Assembly: GCA_951406725.2 (NCBI GenBank)
Contig: OX597834.1
Location: 14,570,001-14,634,000 of the forward strand
DNA: 64,000 bases
Reading direction: 5' to 3'
DNA from: Octopus vulgaris
Taxonomy: Eukaryota
In this document: piece by piece, positions 13,791-27,574 of the stretch
Numbering within the stretch: position 1 is the first letter of the stretch
Layout: every line of letters begins with the position of its first letter
Translations under genes and position numbers: made by a program
The notes under the pieces: generated by a model
What the model was told of the DNA's origin: nothing
The model's database searches: none
Seen by the model: the letters and a program-made list of their open reading frames with translations, nothing else

Positions 13791-13869
13791 TATTAATTGT
13801 TGTTAAAGTCCTTAGTCTTTCCTTTCCACTCATACATTCACTTTGATCATCCTATACTATTTTCAGGTG

Positions 13870-14118
13870 CAGTAAACCCTCGGCGTATTGCGGTTCACCT
13901 TTCGTAGTTCACCTATCACAATCTATTAGTTAAGCTTACGTCGATTCATCCATGTTTATGTTTTGCATTTATCATAAAATAAATTATAAAAACATTAAAA
14001 ATAATAGAATAATAAATAATAAAAAAACATATACAGTAATGTACTGTTTCTACTTCGCGGATTTTCACTTATCGCGGTGGGGTGGAACGTAACACCCACG
14101 ATAGTTGAGCGATTACTG
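13870..14118. mobile_element. Tigger/pogo-like MITE
   Basis: Imperfect TIRs CAGTAAACCCTCGGCGTATTGCGG ... CCACGATAGTTGAGCGATTACTG followed by TA; about 250 bp, no ORF. Confidence 0.7.
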
Positions 14119-14279
14119 TATACTATATTTTCGACAAATTTCTACAAGCTTTTCATTTCGCACACAATGGTTTCAAATTTTGGAACAACGTCAGAAAATT
14201 TAGGGACCGTGTAGTTGACCACATTGACCGCATCGTTTAACTGGTAAAGACGACTGCGGCTAAATTTGAATTCTTAGAC

Positions 14280-14735
14280 TGTTGTTCTTGGAGAAGAGTC
14301 ACCGAACAATTACTGCACTTGATATGACTGGTGTGTCCTGGAGCTTCTGCCAACGAATTTTGAGCGAGGAATTGCGAATGAAAAGAATTTGATCAAAATT
14401 TGTTCCTCGCTTGATCACAGAAGACTAAAAGCTGTCACGACTGAATGTGTGTCGTGAATTAACTGAACAGTTGGAGGTTGAACCGGACTGTTTTGCGGAG
14501 GTCACCACTGGTGACGAAATCTGGTGATACGGAAGTTGCAGATGTGAAAGAGGTGAAGTTGAAAACGATGGGGACGTTAAAAGGCATCACTTCGCAATAG
14601 TACCAGCTCTGCATTGAACTGTGGAAAACGCGTCTGGACCGGTGCATTGTTTCAAATGGGGAATATTTTGAAGGCATGTAAAATTAAATGATTAAAATAT
14701 TGCGAAATTTTCTTCTCTTTGGGCGTCCCCTCGTA
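14280..14735 (+). mobile_element. Internally deleted mariner element
   Basis: Reads CQRILSEELRMKRI*SKFVPRLITED..VTTGDEIW and then jumps to the C-terminal WKTRLDRCIVSNGEYFEG*; ends CCCCTCGTA like a mariner TIR plus TA. Confidence 0.85.
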
Positions 14736-14908
14736 TTTATATATATATATATCTTTACATATATATATATATATATTAATAAAAAGAATTCCAACCTTGT
14801 CTGATTTTCACGTTTTATTTACAATCTTATAATGATATATTATAAGATAATATATTATAATTGAATAAAATAAAATGAAATAGTAGAATGTTAAATGTTC
14901 ATTCTGAT

Positions 14909-14953
14909 TGAACTAGTACTTTCATGCATTGAATTCTGCAATCTTCGGGTTCA
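14909..14953 (-). ncRNA. Minimal type I hammerhead ribozyme motif, CCGAAGA core variant
   Basis: TGAAC CCGAAGA T TGCA gaattcaa TGCA T GAA AGTACT A GTTCA: 5-bp stem I, 4-bp stem II, palindromic stem III AGTACT, predicted site CUA. Confidence 0.7.
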
Positions 14954-15017
14954 TGTAGTAGTGTTGACAGTCATGCTTCACAATTTTTGACTGTAGCAAG
15001 ATGATTGATTCTGTGCC

Positions 15018-15133
15018 ATAAATACAGCTGGGAGAGGCTCCAGAGTGCTAGGTTTTGCAAACTGTATTCTGACCAATCAGTGTGTAGTATCACTCAATTA
15101 CTTAAGCTGATTGGTTGGTTGAGCTGATTGGTT
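15018..15133 (-). promoter_or_regulatory. Putative PLE pseudo-LTR promoter
   Basis: Minus strand: CCAATCAGCT twice, a reversed CCAAT at 15073, then TATTTAT at 15024-15018, about 65 nt upstream of the hammerhead motif. Confidence 0.4.
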
Positions 15134-15448
15134 TAGGCATCACGCTTTGTTGGACATGTCAAGAGTCCTGTATCTTGACCCTGGCCGAAGCAGCAATTGT
15201 TGAGTTATTTTTAGAAATGTTGTAAATATCCTTTGTCAGAGATTTTTATATTTTTATATTTCAATTGTCATCATCATCATTGTCAGCACCTTAATTATTG
15301 TTGCTAGTGATGATGGTGGTGGCAATATAATTTTTAACCCTAAATAAGATAATATTCCTGCTATCTTCATCTTGATCACCTTTAGTATTGTTGTTGTTGT
15401 TTGTGGTCATGGTCGTAGCAGTGGAAGTAATACCTCTAAGTATTATTA

Positions 15449-16119
15449 TTATTGCTTATTTAGCTTGGGTTCGAATTTATCAATAAAATTCTTTTCTCTG
15501 ATTTTCCTCTCGATTTCACTTGGGCTGTGTAATTTGTAGAATGGAAATATCATATATATTTTCCGACCACATGTTGCTAGGTGGTTACTCAAAGGTATCT
15601 GACGGACCTCTGGGTCTCTAATCTGTTGCCGGTGTACACGTGAGCGTTCTAATAGTGCGTTTCCCGTCTGACCTACATATATTTCTTCACAATTTGGGCA
15701 TTTGATGCAGTAAATTAAATTTCTGCTTTTGCAGTTCATATTCGCGTTTGTGAATATTTTCCCGGTTTTTGTGTTTATATATTGACCGGTATGTATGAAT
15801 TGGCATGTGCCACATCGGATATCATTGCATTTAGATACCGTGAATGTTTGGTCTTTGTTGCTGAGGTCAAATTTTGCCTTTGTTAGTAATGTTTTCAAGT
15901 TTTTAGGCTGTCTTTTACTAAGCACCATAGCTCGATCCGTGATTATGTCTTTTAATTCATTACTTTGGGCAATGATTGGTAGGTTTGCTTTGGCAATGTT
16001 GAAGATATTCTGGTGACATGGGTTGTGTGTCACTATGAATGGTATGACTTGCTCTTGTTTTCCTCTTCCTTGGGTTGTCCTAAGTTGTTGTATGGGTATT
16101 TTTATAGCCCGCTGTATGC

Positions 16120-16123
<4 letters not shown>
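15449..16123 (-). CDS. Penelope-like polyprotein C-terminus: end of RT, Cys-rich linker and GIY-YIG endonuclease (partial)
   Basis: Frame is open upstream of the listed ORF (NGIQRAIKIPIQQLR..IPFIVTHNP); contains RQPKNLK, KCNDIRCGTC, NCKSRNLIYCIKCPNCEEIYVGQT..R..H, and RE..FI.KFEPKLN; no stops or frameshifts. Confidence 0.92.
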
Positions 16124-16196
<73 letters not shown>

Positions 16197-17237
16197 CATA
16201 CATATACATATAATTCAGTGTTCCAATCATGACACACCGTGCTATTATCACTCAAATCTACCCGAAAATTGGTTTACGATAATCTGTGTCTGCATATTAC
16301 TAGGCATCTTACAAATTAACTTCAATGGCCGGGGGTTCCAGTAGAGCGAACAACTGAATATTTATCATAGAATCCGCTCTCTCAATTATAATAGTTTTCT
16401 ATTTTGTCTCAATTGCTTAACATATCAAAGTTGTTCTGAAAACGAAACGCTTGAAGGATCAGCGATTCTTAAAGTAAGTTATGATTAATATGACGCTTAT
16501 TTTATCAGATTCAAATTATCTGCGAGCATTAACTGTCAGTTACCTGACACATCTTTAGTTCGTACCATATTTATATGATATCATTTTCTCTCTAATTTTC
16601 TATACATGAAAAGTGACAAACTGGCGGAATTGTAATCGCGACGAAAGCGAGTCTTTCCAGGATTCTTACGACTCATTTTGTTCAGCGTTCAAACACCGCA
16701 GAGGTTGATATTGCCATCCATCCTTTCGTAGTCGATAGAATAAGAACTTGCCAAGTGCTGGGTTCAATGTAATCGATTTGACTTTTTTCGACAAAACTTC
16801 TCACCCTGTGACAAAATTAGAAAGATTTCTCTGCTTATGATATTCCCTCGTATAGTATATATATATATACTGCTTGCTACAGGAGGACCGGTAACCATTA
16901 AAATATTTAGGGGCGAAAGGTCAAGACGTTGTTTCTGAGGCTGACCAAGGACTTTTTATTTTTAGATATAAGTGATGTACTCAAGTGTAGTTAGGTTTTT
17001 AGCTTGTGCTTTTTCCATGATCGCACGTGAGTATTTTATTTATATCCCATCGAAAGCTCTACTGAAGAAAGAATATATCTTTTATAAGATTAATTCCGAA
17101 ATTGATTCAATATAGAGATAACGAAATTTAAATTTTCTAAAGGTTAGTTGCCCGTTTTCAGTTTCAATTTTCCTGTAACAAGTGGATTATAAGCGGATAA
17201 ATCAGTGTATTGGCTTTAGAATAACCCTCTTTAGCCC

Positions 17238-17279
<42 letters not shown>

Positions 17280-17702
17280 TTATCATTTTGAGAGTTGGTC
17301 TTCTGTGTGTATTGCTCTTTGTGTAATACTCACCTACGCATTCGTGAATAACCACAAGCTTCCAAAATATACCAATACGCTTCTGGAAACGAAAGTTAAA
17401 CATTTAAATAATTTTATTTTAAAATTCTTTAAGAAATATCAATAAGATATTATTGATAATTTAGTTCAATATGCATTACATTCTTCTAAAAACATCGTAA
17501 TTTATTTTGTTACTTTACATCTGTTAGGGGCCTCGAATATAGTTTTACAATTGTCACATAATTTCAAAAAAGGTGTCACATACACGAACTCAAATAGACA
17601 CAAACAAACGAGCACACACACACACACACATGAATATATGTGATTGTGTGTTAGTCATGAGTGTGTGTATGTGTGTATTCTATCGTATGTGTTTTACAGA
17701 TA

Positions 17703-18113
17703 CTCGTTTACCTGTTTCAGTCATTTGACTGCGGCCATGCTGGAGCACCGCCTTTTAGTCGAGCAAATCGACCCCGGGACTTATTCTTTGTAAGCCCAGT
17801 ACTTATTCTATCGGTCTCCTTTGCCGAACCGCTAAGTAACGGGGACGTAAACACACCAGCATCGGTTGTCAAGCAATGCTAGGGGGACGAACACACACAC
17901 ACAAACACACACACATACACACACACATATATATACATATACATATATACGACAGGCTTCTTTCAGTTTCCGTCTACCAAATCCACTCACAAGGCTTTGG
18001 TCGGCCCGGGGCTATAGCAGAAGACACTTACCCAAGATGCCACGCAGTGGGGCTGAACTCGGAACCATGCTGTTGGTTAGCAAGCTACTTACCACACAGC
18101 CACTCCTACGCCT
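17703..18113 (-). mobile_element. SINE family A copy
   Basis: Near-identical to 324-738. Confidence 0.9.
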
Positions 18114-18439
18114 ATGCGAACTTGTATTTCGTATGCGTGAACACGGCTGAGATTGCATGCCCACATATAAGATATAAAAAGGCCTTATACGCTTATGCAT
18201 ATTATGATGAAACATATATCTGTAAATGTATGTGTGAGCATGCCTGTGTATGAGGATGTATATATGCATACATAAATCTAAATCTATCTATATATCCTTT
18301 ATTATCAGACTTCCATAGCATTGATTGAAAAGCGCTATGCAAGAAACTGTTCTTTCCTAATGAAACAAAACTTCAGTTTCAGAATCATCATTAGCCTCAC
18401 ATCGTCTCACGTGATGTCGGGGTTGTCCTGGATCGAAAG

Positions 18440-18620
18440 AGATGAATTCAATATCTCGTGTGATCACTCTTAGCCTTGATACTGCCAAGCCTCTTATGTA
18501 CATTAAATGCTCCAAACGGTTGATGAAGGCTATGGGGACAGCAGCCCACAAACTGTTAAAACTTGCAGTGATTTGTGCCGCAGTTTTTAGGCCTAGAAAT
18601 ATGTCTGAACAACAAGCGAG
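18440..18620 (-). mobile_element. Decayed Tc1-like transposase C-terminus
   Basis: LWAAVPIAFINRLEHLMYIRGLAVSRLRVITR resembles the Tc1 C-terminal pattern W..IP...I..L..SM..R..AV....G..TRY. Confidence 0.5.
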
Positions 18621-18651
18621 TGCATTACTCTGACGCAAGAGAAGAATGGAA

Positions 18652-18696
18652 AAGTTTTTTTTTAATGTTTCGAGCCTCCGCTCTTCATCAGAAAAT
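18652..18696 (-). ncRNA. Hammerhead-like motif, GAGC/GCTC family copy
   Basis: TTTT CTGATGA A GAGC ggag GCTC GAAAC ATT AAAA; canonical core, decayed stem III. Confidence 0.55.
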
Positions 18697-18742
18697 ATAC
18701 AGAGAATGAAAAAGCCTTGCAGAGTTCAGCGGTCTGATATGG

Positions 18743-18890
<148 letters not shown>

Positions 18891-19659
18891 TAGATATATT
18901 GGTTAGTCGAGTTAGAGGTTAGAATAACCGCCAAGGGATAGAAGTATGCATTACACTACCTGCATATTCTCTAAGTTTAATCATGGGCGCACATATGGAA
19001 GCATATTATGCTCATAAACTATAGATAAATACAAGGATAAACATGGTTTTTTTCAAGAATCAAAATTTAAGGAAATCATAAAATGGAGAAATATTGATGA
19101 ACAGGAGTTGACTTACATCAATTATTATTTATTAATTCAATAGTCTAGATGCAGTCTATTTGTATTGAATTCATAAATAATAATTGATGTAAGACAATTT
19201 TGTTCTTCAATATTTTTCCATTTTCTGTTCTCTTTAAATATATACGTATATATGTATATATATGTACATATTGATGTGTGTGTGTGTGTGTGTGTGTGTG
19301 TTTATGGTATGTATGTGTGTATCTATATTTATATGTATATGTATTTATTTTTATATATGTGTATATATATGTGTGTGTGTATGTGTGTGTGTGAGTTGAC
19401 AAACGGTGTTGCTCTGCTTATGTTTCCGTAACATAGCGGCTCTGCAAAATGCACCGATAAAAGTACCAGTCGATTCATTTGTCTAAAGTTTATGCAGGGT
19501 GGTGACTCAGCTTGGATGGCCCCGTTTAATGTCTGAAACAAAAGCTGAAATATATTTACATATCTATATATACATACAGAACTGGAAACCACTGCATAGT
19601 GGCAAGGACTCCAAATTTGCCATCAAGATGTAGGACAAGATACTGTGATAGCCTGGGCT

Positions 19660-19870
19660 TCCTTGTTGACGTTGGTGCCATACGTCTTGCCTGCAGTTCA
19701 TCTTTGGTGTCAGAAGGAATTCTGTTGGTCTCTCGCTCAACTGCGTCCCACACATTATAAGCAAGCGAGTTCCAGTTTGGGGAGTTAGGAGGCCAAATAT
19801 TAGGGGTGACGTGGCTGGAGGGATTGTCTGACAGCCATGATTGTATTCTCCTGCCAGTGTGGCATGGTGT
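19660..19870 (-). mobile_element. maT (DD37D)-like transposase fragment
   Basis: PCHTGRRIQSWLSDN..TPNIWPPNSP.WNSLAYNVWDAVERETN..TKDELQAR within ORF 19556..19927. Confidence 0.85.
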
Positions 19871-20154
19871 ATATCTGTGTGAATTATGTGTATATGTATA
19901 ATTATATATATGATCCTGCCGTCGCACTTATCACGTACATAGAAAAATTAAGAACGCCAAGATTGTGGTGAGATAGTTTGTGTGATTGTACACGGAGTAC
20001 CATTAAAAAACATATTCAGACTTTTAACGATAATATTGGGTAGGTTCATAACTAATTTAAAGATAACTGATAAGAATATAATCTGCTCGATATATACCAC
20101 CAATATAAACAACGCATGTATAAATATATACATAGGAAGAGATTACGAAAAAAT

Positions 20155-20270
20155 CAAAAGACGAAGACAGGTCGTGTACAAAACAAACAGAGGTATTAGT
20201 ATAACGCTCAGGAATAGAAAAAGTCTTTTACGTTTCGAGCCTACGCTCTTCTACAGAAAGGGACACACAC
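20155..20270 (-). mobile_element. Short PLE-tail-like repeat carrying a hammerhead-like motif (20223-20264)
   Basis: CTTT CTGTAGA A GAGC gtag GCTC GAA ACGT A AAAG; near-identical to 37155-37280. Confidence 0.6.
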
Positions 20271-20297
20271 ACACACATACATACACAAACACATATA

Positions 20298-20366
<69 letters not shown>

Positions 20367-20557
20367 TTATTTATTTATTTATATAAGGAAGTAATATATA
20401 TTATTCACATTTACATTCCCATCAGCCATTTAAATCACGTATCTGTATTTTTCAGTAAACATTCAATGATTAAATTCTCGGTATTTTGCATAGATAAGGT
20501 CTATTTTCTCAACTCCAATTCAGAGTGTATGTCCAATTTGAGAATGAGATTATTTGA

Positions 20558-20588
<31 letters not shown>

Positions 20589-21071
20589 GAATATATATAT
20601 AAATAAAGAAACAAGTAAAAAAATTGGTTTTCTTTTTACATGTTAGTATAGACACAAATGTGAGAATTTATCAATGTGAAATAAACGGAATAAGTACGTT
20701 TATGAATTTTGCAATCTTGCTAAATGTTTAGTTTGCTCTCCTTTACAAACCGACAGACGTTGCAACATGTAGGAGTGTATTATGTAAGTATGTATATATA
20801 TGTATGTATGTATGTATATATGCATGTATGTATGTATGCATGTATGTATGTATGCATATATATATGTATGTATGTATGTATATATGTACGTATGCATGTA
20901 TGTATGTATGTATGTATGTATGTATGTATGTATGCATGTATGAATGTATGTATGTATGTATGTATGTATGTATGTATGTATACATGTATGTATGTATGCA
21001 TGCATGTATATATACGTAGGCTTGTATGCATGGAGAAATGGATGGAAATGTGCTTTCGATCGATGTGCGTA

Positions 21072-21148
<77 letters not shown>

Positions 21149-21155
21149 ATATATG

Positions 21156-21189
<34 letters not shown>

Positions 21190-21449
21190 TGTATGTATGT
21201 ATGTATATATATGTTTATATACATGTGTGTGATGTGACAGGCGTATGATCTTTATTAGATATTTGCGTTTAATTTTATTTTTCTTGTATTGCTCCCGAAC
21301 TCATTTATTAATAGTACTCATTATGAAGGCTAATGAGAAGCCATACTCAAAGCAGACTTGACTATGTTAATCTAAATGGAGCCGCAGCTGTATATCTACA
21401 AACGCACACGCACACGCATACGCACACGCACACGCATACGCACACGCAC

Positions 21450-21504
<55 letters not shown>

Positions 21505-21600
21505 AATCTATCTATCTATCTATCTATCTGTCTGTCTATCTATGTATCTATCTATATTTATATTTATCCATCTATCTATCTATCTATCTACATCTCTCTT

Positions 21601-21656
<56 letters not shown>

Positions 21657-21756
21657 CCTGTAGCTGCATCTGTCTCTGTATTTAGCGATCTCTATCTCTC
21701 TATATGTATGAATATAATTATATACCAATATATATATATATGTGTGTATATATGTT

Positions 21757-21789
<33 letters not shown>

Positions 21790-22158
21790 ATCTGTGAATA
21801 TATATATATTTATATATATTTATCAGAAGAATTATATATACATATATATATATATAGATAGATAGATAGATATGGATGGATAGATGGATGCATGCATGCA
21901 TGCATATGCTACGGAGCCTCCCAAACCTAGACACCGATTTCTAAGTGTAATCTAAGGATAAAAAGATTACATACAAAGCGGCGGACGAAATACCACAAGG
22001 CATTTATCCCGGCGTATTAACGATTCTACCAGCTCGCCGCCTTTGGATGGAAATAAATATTATAATAGAAAGTCGTTTCTGTTTACAACGGTTTGATGAA
22101 TTTTCTGGATTGGGGAAATATCTAGTCAATTTTGCGGAAGATTAACACTGACAGGCGG

Positions 22159-22209
<51 letters not shown>

Positions 22210-23214
22210 TGCACATATGCAGAGGCACACTCTGCTTCTGTGTTTATAGGCTCACGTGTCGTTTATTTAATGGCCAATTTAAAAAGCGGTTGATATAAAC
22301 ATTCTAATTGAATACTGAATATTCTGCTTTTATAATGGCTGTTTTTCGAACATTTATTTTAATTCTCTAAGTGATATACTATGATGTCCAATCCGGAACA
22401 CCTCTGTACTTCACCTATCACTGCTACTTTTTCTGTGCTTCATTACTTGCTCTTCTCTCTACATTAAAATTCACTTTGCGTCCGAGCTTATAGTGCATGT
22501 AACTATTAACCACAGAAGTTTTTTCTCCGCAATAATTACTGATTACAGCTAATTGCACATCGCTTTCTATACTCAAATTTCTTAGACAATATTTTTAATC
22601 TCACCTGTCTTTCTTGATTTTCCAGAAATCAATCAACGTATAAACTAAGGCACGTTTGTAGATCGAAGCATCGCATAAGTATTAGCTTATTGGCTTATTG
22701 GTACGTTATTGTGTTAGGACTATTGAAAACGCCTTGTCAAAAATCATTTTGAAGCTATTAGCCAGGTGATGAAATTGAAATATATTTAAATATATTCAAC
22801 GCGTTTCTTCGATTCCCTCTGGCTATTTAATATTTTTACATAAATCTGCAATGATTGAATTTAAAATGAAAATAACATACTATGTTAATACTGATCTGGA
22901 AGAAATTTTATTTTCTTAAAACGGAAATCATAAACTTCTATTCCAGACAGTAGAAATTCACCCACCTGGATCTTATTAATTTATTGACGGTTAAACTGTT
23001 GTTCACAAGCCAATTACCTATACTGATGAATTATATATATATGATCGAAGATATTTAAGAAATGGCCAACTCACCTTTTATTTGATATGCTGAGGGCCAC
23101 GCTGATCGATTATTTTGCATTCAGTTTTAAATGAAGTACGTGGAATTTTAAGACTTGGTTCCCATCTGTACCAAGCAGGAAAATTACATAAACTTTGCCC
23201 GTAAATACTTTTAT

Positions 23215-23490
23215 ACTGAAGCATGGTTTCAAGACGAAAGGTGTTCTTTCATCAGGATAATACTCGGCCATATACAACGAGAATAACATTCCAGAGGCCG
23301 GAGTAACTTACGATGCACCACCCATTATATTCGCTGGACATTGCCATTTCTGATTGTTATTTATTCCGCAGTCTTCAAAACGATTTGGAAAATATGAATT
23401 CCGTAGACAATGTCAGAACAGAACTAGACGTGTGTTATACATCACGGACTAGTGAATTTAGGAAGAGAGGCCTGACAAGATTTAGTCGAC
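23215..23490 (+). mobile_element. Decayed mariner (DD34D) transposase fragment
   Basis: VFFHQDNTRPYT...HPLYSLDIAISDCYLFRSLQN matches HDNARPH...HPPYSPDLAPSDYHLF. Confidence 0.85.
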
Positions 23491-24758
23491 GCTTGCCCAA
23501 GTTGCTACGAAGTGGAACAGAACCCACAATCCTATGGTTGGTGAGCAAGCTTCTTACCACACGGACAAGCAAAGGGATGTATAGATGTTATATAGTAAGG
23601 AAAAGTAGGTAATCAGCAAGGATTTTGGATAATATTTCATTATCCCTTTCGTCTCATTCATAGAGATTCGTCGGATAAAAAAGTTTTATAGAAAATTTCT
23701 TTGTCTTTTATTTAAATATAAAAGAATATGGGATTTAGCGTTGTTTTGTTCACTCTAAGTGTGTGCATTTAGAAAAAGAAAAGGAGAAAAGAAGAAAGAA
23801 GGGAGGAGAGAATGAGACGAAGACAGGAGCGACAAAAAAAAAGAGAGAAGAGAGAAAGAATATATTTGGAGATGGTTTGTCTTTTGTAGCTTTTTAACAA
23901 GTGGGTGTTGTTAATGACATTTCAAGATGTCAATTTTGTTTTTTATATATCTTAGTAGATATGCATATATATATCTAAGTAGAATTATATATCTAAGTAG
24001 ATATGCAAGCATATATGTGTGTATGTGCAGATAGATAGATAAATAGATAGATAGATATATAGATAGAAAGACAGATAGCTAGATACAAAGACAGACAGAG
24101 AGAGAAAGACAGGTAGAGAAACAAGCAGACACAGGCAGCTAGATAGAGAGATTAATTGACAGATTTGTAACTAGACAGAGGCATAGATATATAGAAAAAA
24201 TTTCGTCTATGTTTGTGACAGTGCATAGGTATCTACCTGTCTCTTAAAGAGACATAAAATGTCACCAATTTTTGTGATAAACTCAGTCGAGTCAATGCCG
24301 TCGAACCCAATAAAATTATTGTAATTTAAATATAACCTGACGGAAATATGCTGACACATTTAAACAAAAATTGGAATGTAGCTGATGACAGCATTGTTAG
24401 AATCAATATGGCCTTGTCAAGTCTTAAGTGTAACTGCAAAGGCAAGCAAAAGTAAAAATTGAATTACCTAGCGCCATTAAAAAGAACATTAAATTCGCCG
24501 TTGTCATCATGGCTATTTAGAATAGAAAAAACAAAATATAGCATTTGTCAACGTTTTATGGTGATATCTGCTTTTTTATTGTTATAAGCATTCCGAGAAG
24601 CTAGCGTCTGGATATACGCTATCGTTTATTCCTATGTGCATATCAGTATGCGAAAATCATTAATTTAAATAATTCGCCGTCATCATTAATTACGACCTTA
24701 GATTTAAATGTATTCCACAATTGCTGAATAACATACATAAGTTTTTATGCGATACACA

Positions 24759-24811
<53 letters not shown>

Positions 24812-24815
<4 letters not shown>

Positions 24816-25005
24816 TTGAAATTTAGAGAAAAAAACCACAAAGGTAGGTGTACGAACAGCAAGCAGGTGTATCAGTGTTACGCTCGGAAAAGTGAAAAAG
24901 TCTTCCACGTTTCGAGCGTACCCTCTTCAGCAGAAAGGAATATGAGAACATAAACAGAGGGAGAATAAAAATAAAAATTTGAGGATTTGGCGATGAATGA
25001 TGGTG
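24812..25005 (-). mobile_element. Diverged copy of the GAGC/GCTC hammerhead-like PLE-tail repeat
   Basis: CTTT CTGCTGA AGAGGGTACGCTC GAAACGT GGAAGAC; colinear with the 20155 and 37155 copies; (TA)n on both sides. Confidence 0.55.
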
Positions 25006-25067
25006 ATATATATAAAGATATATATATATATATATATATAATTTATAAATATATGCATGCATAAATA

Positions 25068-25260
25068 TGGTGAGTGCTGAAATGTTCCTGGTGTTTGGTA
25101 AAAGAAAATAAATACAGGAGGATCAGTTAATTATGATTTATTCAGCATATTCGCCTCTCAGAGTCACACACTTATTGCAGAATTCGTTTGGTTTCTAAGT
25201 CACGTAAAAGAACCACACTTTTCGCCTTACCTTTGAAAACAGAAACTTAGCAGCACCTGC
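25068..25260 (-). mobile_element. Mariner 3' end remnant
   Basis: Minus frame NKCVTLRGEYAE*, typical of a mariner transposase C-terminus, followed by TIR-like sequence. Confidence 0.6.
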
Positions 25261-25506
25261 TCGTGTGTATATGTATATATATATGTGTATATATGTATGT
25301 ATGTATATATATATATAATTAAATATATATATATATACACATATACATACATATATATATGTATATACATAATATATATATTTGTATATATACATATGTA
25401 AATATATATATATATATATATATATGGTTTTTTATGTGCTAAGCCACTTGGTGTTAAACTGATGGTATTATTAAATTAATATCTAATTTTTCACCCTCAT
25501 TTATAA

Positions 25507-25543
<37 letters not shown>

Positions 25544-25974
25544 AATAATAATAAATGGTAAAATTAATTAATTAATAATTAATCATTTTACCAAGTAGTT
25601 CGGTATTTTACAATCACCTTTGTCGGTAACCTTATGCAAAAAGAAATTAACTATAAGCATACTTATAATTATAAAATTTTTGTATGTATATATTGGCATG
25701 TTTCAGATTTCCTCTACCTAGTTGCCTCGCCGTGAGAATGAAACCTGAAGCATGAGGTTGATAAGCAAACTACTTACCAGGCAGCCATATCTGGTTCCGG
25801 CCAAATATTCAAATGCACTGTTTACACCAGTAGACTGCAACTATGAGGCGGCGTCTAACTTTTTGTTTTCGTCATCTTCTTTTTTACTGTACGCAGTGAA
25901 ATGTGTCACCCGAATTGTCAGTTTACGACTTTACTCCTCTTCTTTCCCTTTTGTTTCCGGCTTAGTATTCGCTG

Positions 25975-26373
25975 TACTCTTTTACTCTTTTACTTGTTTC
26001 AGTCATTTGACTGCGGCCATGCTGGAGCACCACCTTCAGTCGAGCAAATCGACCCTGGAACTTATTCTTTTGTAAGCCCAGTACTTATTCTATCGGTCTC
26101 TTTTGCCAAACCGGTAATTGACGGGGACGTAAACACACCAGCATCCGTTGTCAAGCAATACTAGGGGAACAAACACAGACCCACAAACACATACACACAT
26201 ATATACATATATACGACAGGCATCTTTCAGTTTCCGTCTACCAAATCCACTCACAAGGCGTTGGTCGGCCCGGGGCTATAGCAGAAGACACTTGCCCAAG
26301 ATGCCACGCAGTGGACTGAACCCGGTACCATGTGGTTGGTTAGCAAGCTACTTACCACACCGCCACTCCTGCG
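25975..26373 (-). mobile_element. SINE family A copy
   Basis: Full-length match to 324-738. Confidence 0.9.
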
Positions 26374-26418
26374 CAATGTTTTTATTTCTACTTATTTCGA
26401 TTTGTGACACACACATAC

Positions 26419-26449
<31 letters not shown>

Positions 26450-27574
26450 TGTATGTATGTATGTATGTACGAATGTATGTATGTATGTACGTACGTACGT
26501 ACGTGTGTGTGTGTGTGTGTGTGTGTTTGTATGTATGTAAACATGGGTATGGCTGTGTGACTGAGTGTATATATTTCTGTAATTGCACGTATGTGTGCTA
26601 GTTTCTTTTGCCAAGATTTCCACGCCAAACTTGCTTTCTCCAAACATCGTCTTTCGCATTCACTCATTTTCTTTGAACATAATTCCAATTTACAAACTGT
26701 TCAGGAAATATATCGATTCTGTCAGCGATGTGAAAGTGATATCGCAGCTTCCTCAGGTTTTTGATGAGTCTTTCAATTGCTGTACACGTGCATACGTCAA
26801 CATCACAATTGGCATGTCTTACCTGCATTTAACCTGCTGCAGATATCAGAGAGAGAGAGAGCAAATATGCTGAACTAGGAAAATCGTATGAAAACGCATC
26901 TGAAACACATGTCTTTAATAACAGGTGTTGTTACATCATTTCTGGTTTTGGCGTTAGATTAACTGTCAGAGCGTCCGGCATGGACAATGTGATACAATTA
27001 CAATTTCACATAAAAGACTTTACGCTCTGGAATGTTATTGAACACTAAGCAATTAAAATATATTTGAAATGATTGACAGCTAATGTGTGACAGAGAAAGG
27101 AATGTGCAATGATTTTAGAATAGAGAAAATATAGGTTTTGTGGTTAAGAATCTGTCTTTGCCATCATGTGTTCTCTAGTTCAATTCCAGTGCTCGGCTCC
27201 TTCGGCAAGTATCTTCAAGTGTTGGTACAGGTTAATAAATGTCTTTAGTATGAATTTGGATGGCAAGAAATTCTTCGGAAGTCAGATGTACCACATATAT
27301 ATGAATACATATATGCATATATTTTTGTGTTCATGTTCGTGTGTACATTCCCGCGACAGTTTGAGGACCAGTGCTGGTTTGTTTACGGCCGGGTAACGTA
27401 GGGTTTCAGCAAAAGAAACATATAGAATCGGTACCAGATTTATAGACACTGATTATTTAGATCTGTTCCTCAGAACACTTCAAGACTGTGATCAAATATG
27501 GAGTCCAGTCCAGTGAGTGGAACGAATGAGAGATAAAAGATGGAGATAACGTTATGTTTTAGTCTTGCTTTTAT

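Larger units (their letters stand above)
14777..16125 (-). mobile_element. 5'-truncated Penelope-like retroelement flanked by (TA)n
   Basis: RT-tail/GIY-YIG ORF followed by about 670 bp of 3' region containing CCAAT/TATA-like motifs and a hammerhead motif; (TA)n on both sides. Confidence 0.85.

Noticed and set aside
20738-20775. CTCC..ACATGT A GGAG hammerhead-like frame
   Set aside because: Both conserved core segments are missing (TTTACAA, GCAA); unsupported.
23015-23062. Plus-strand CTGATGA-ATTAT..ATGATC-GAAG hammerhead candidate
   Set aside because: GAAG instead of GAAA, stem II is largely TA repeat and stem I is poor; at most a decayed relic.
26690-26990. Possible Tc1 N-terminal remnant on the minus strand
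   Set aside because: Similarity too faint to support without a profile search.
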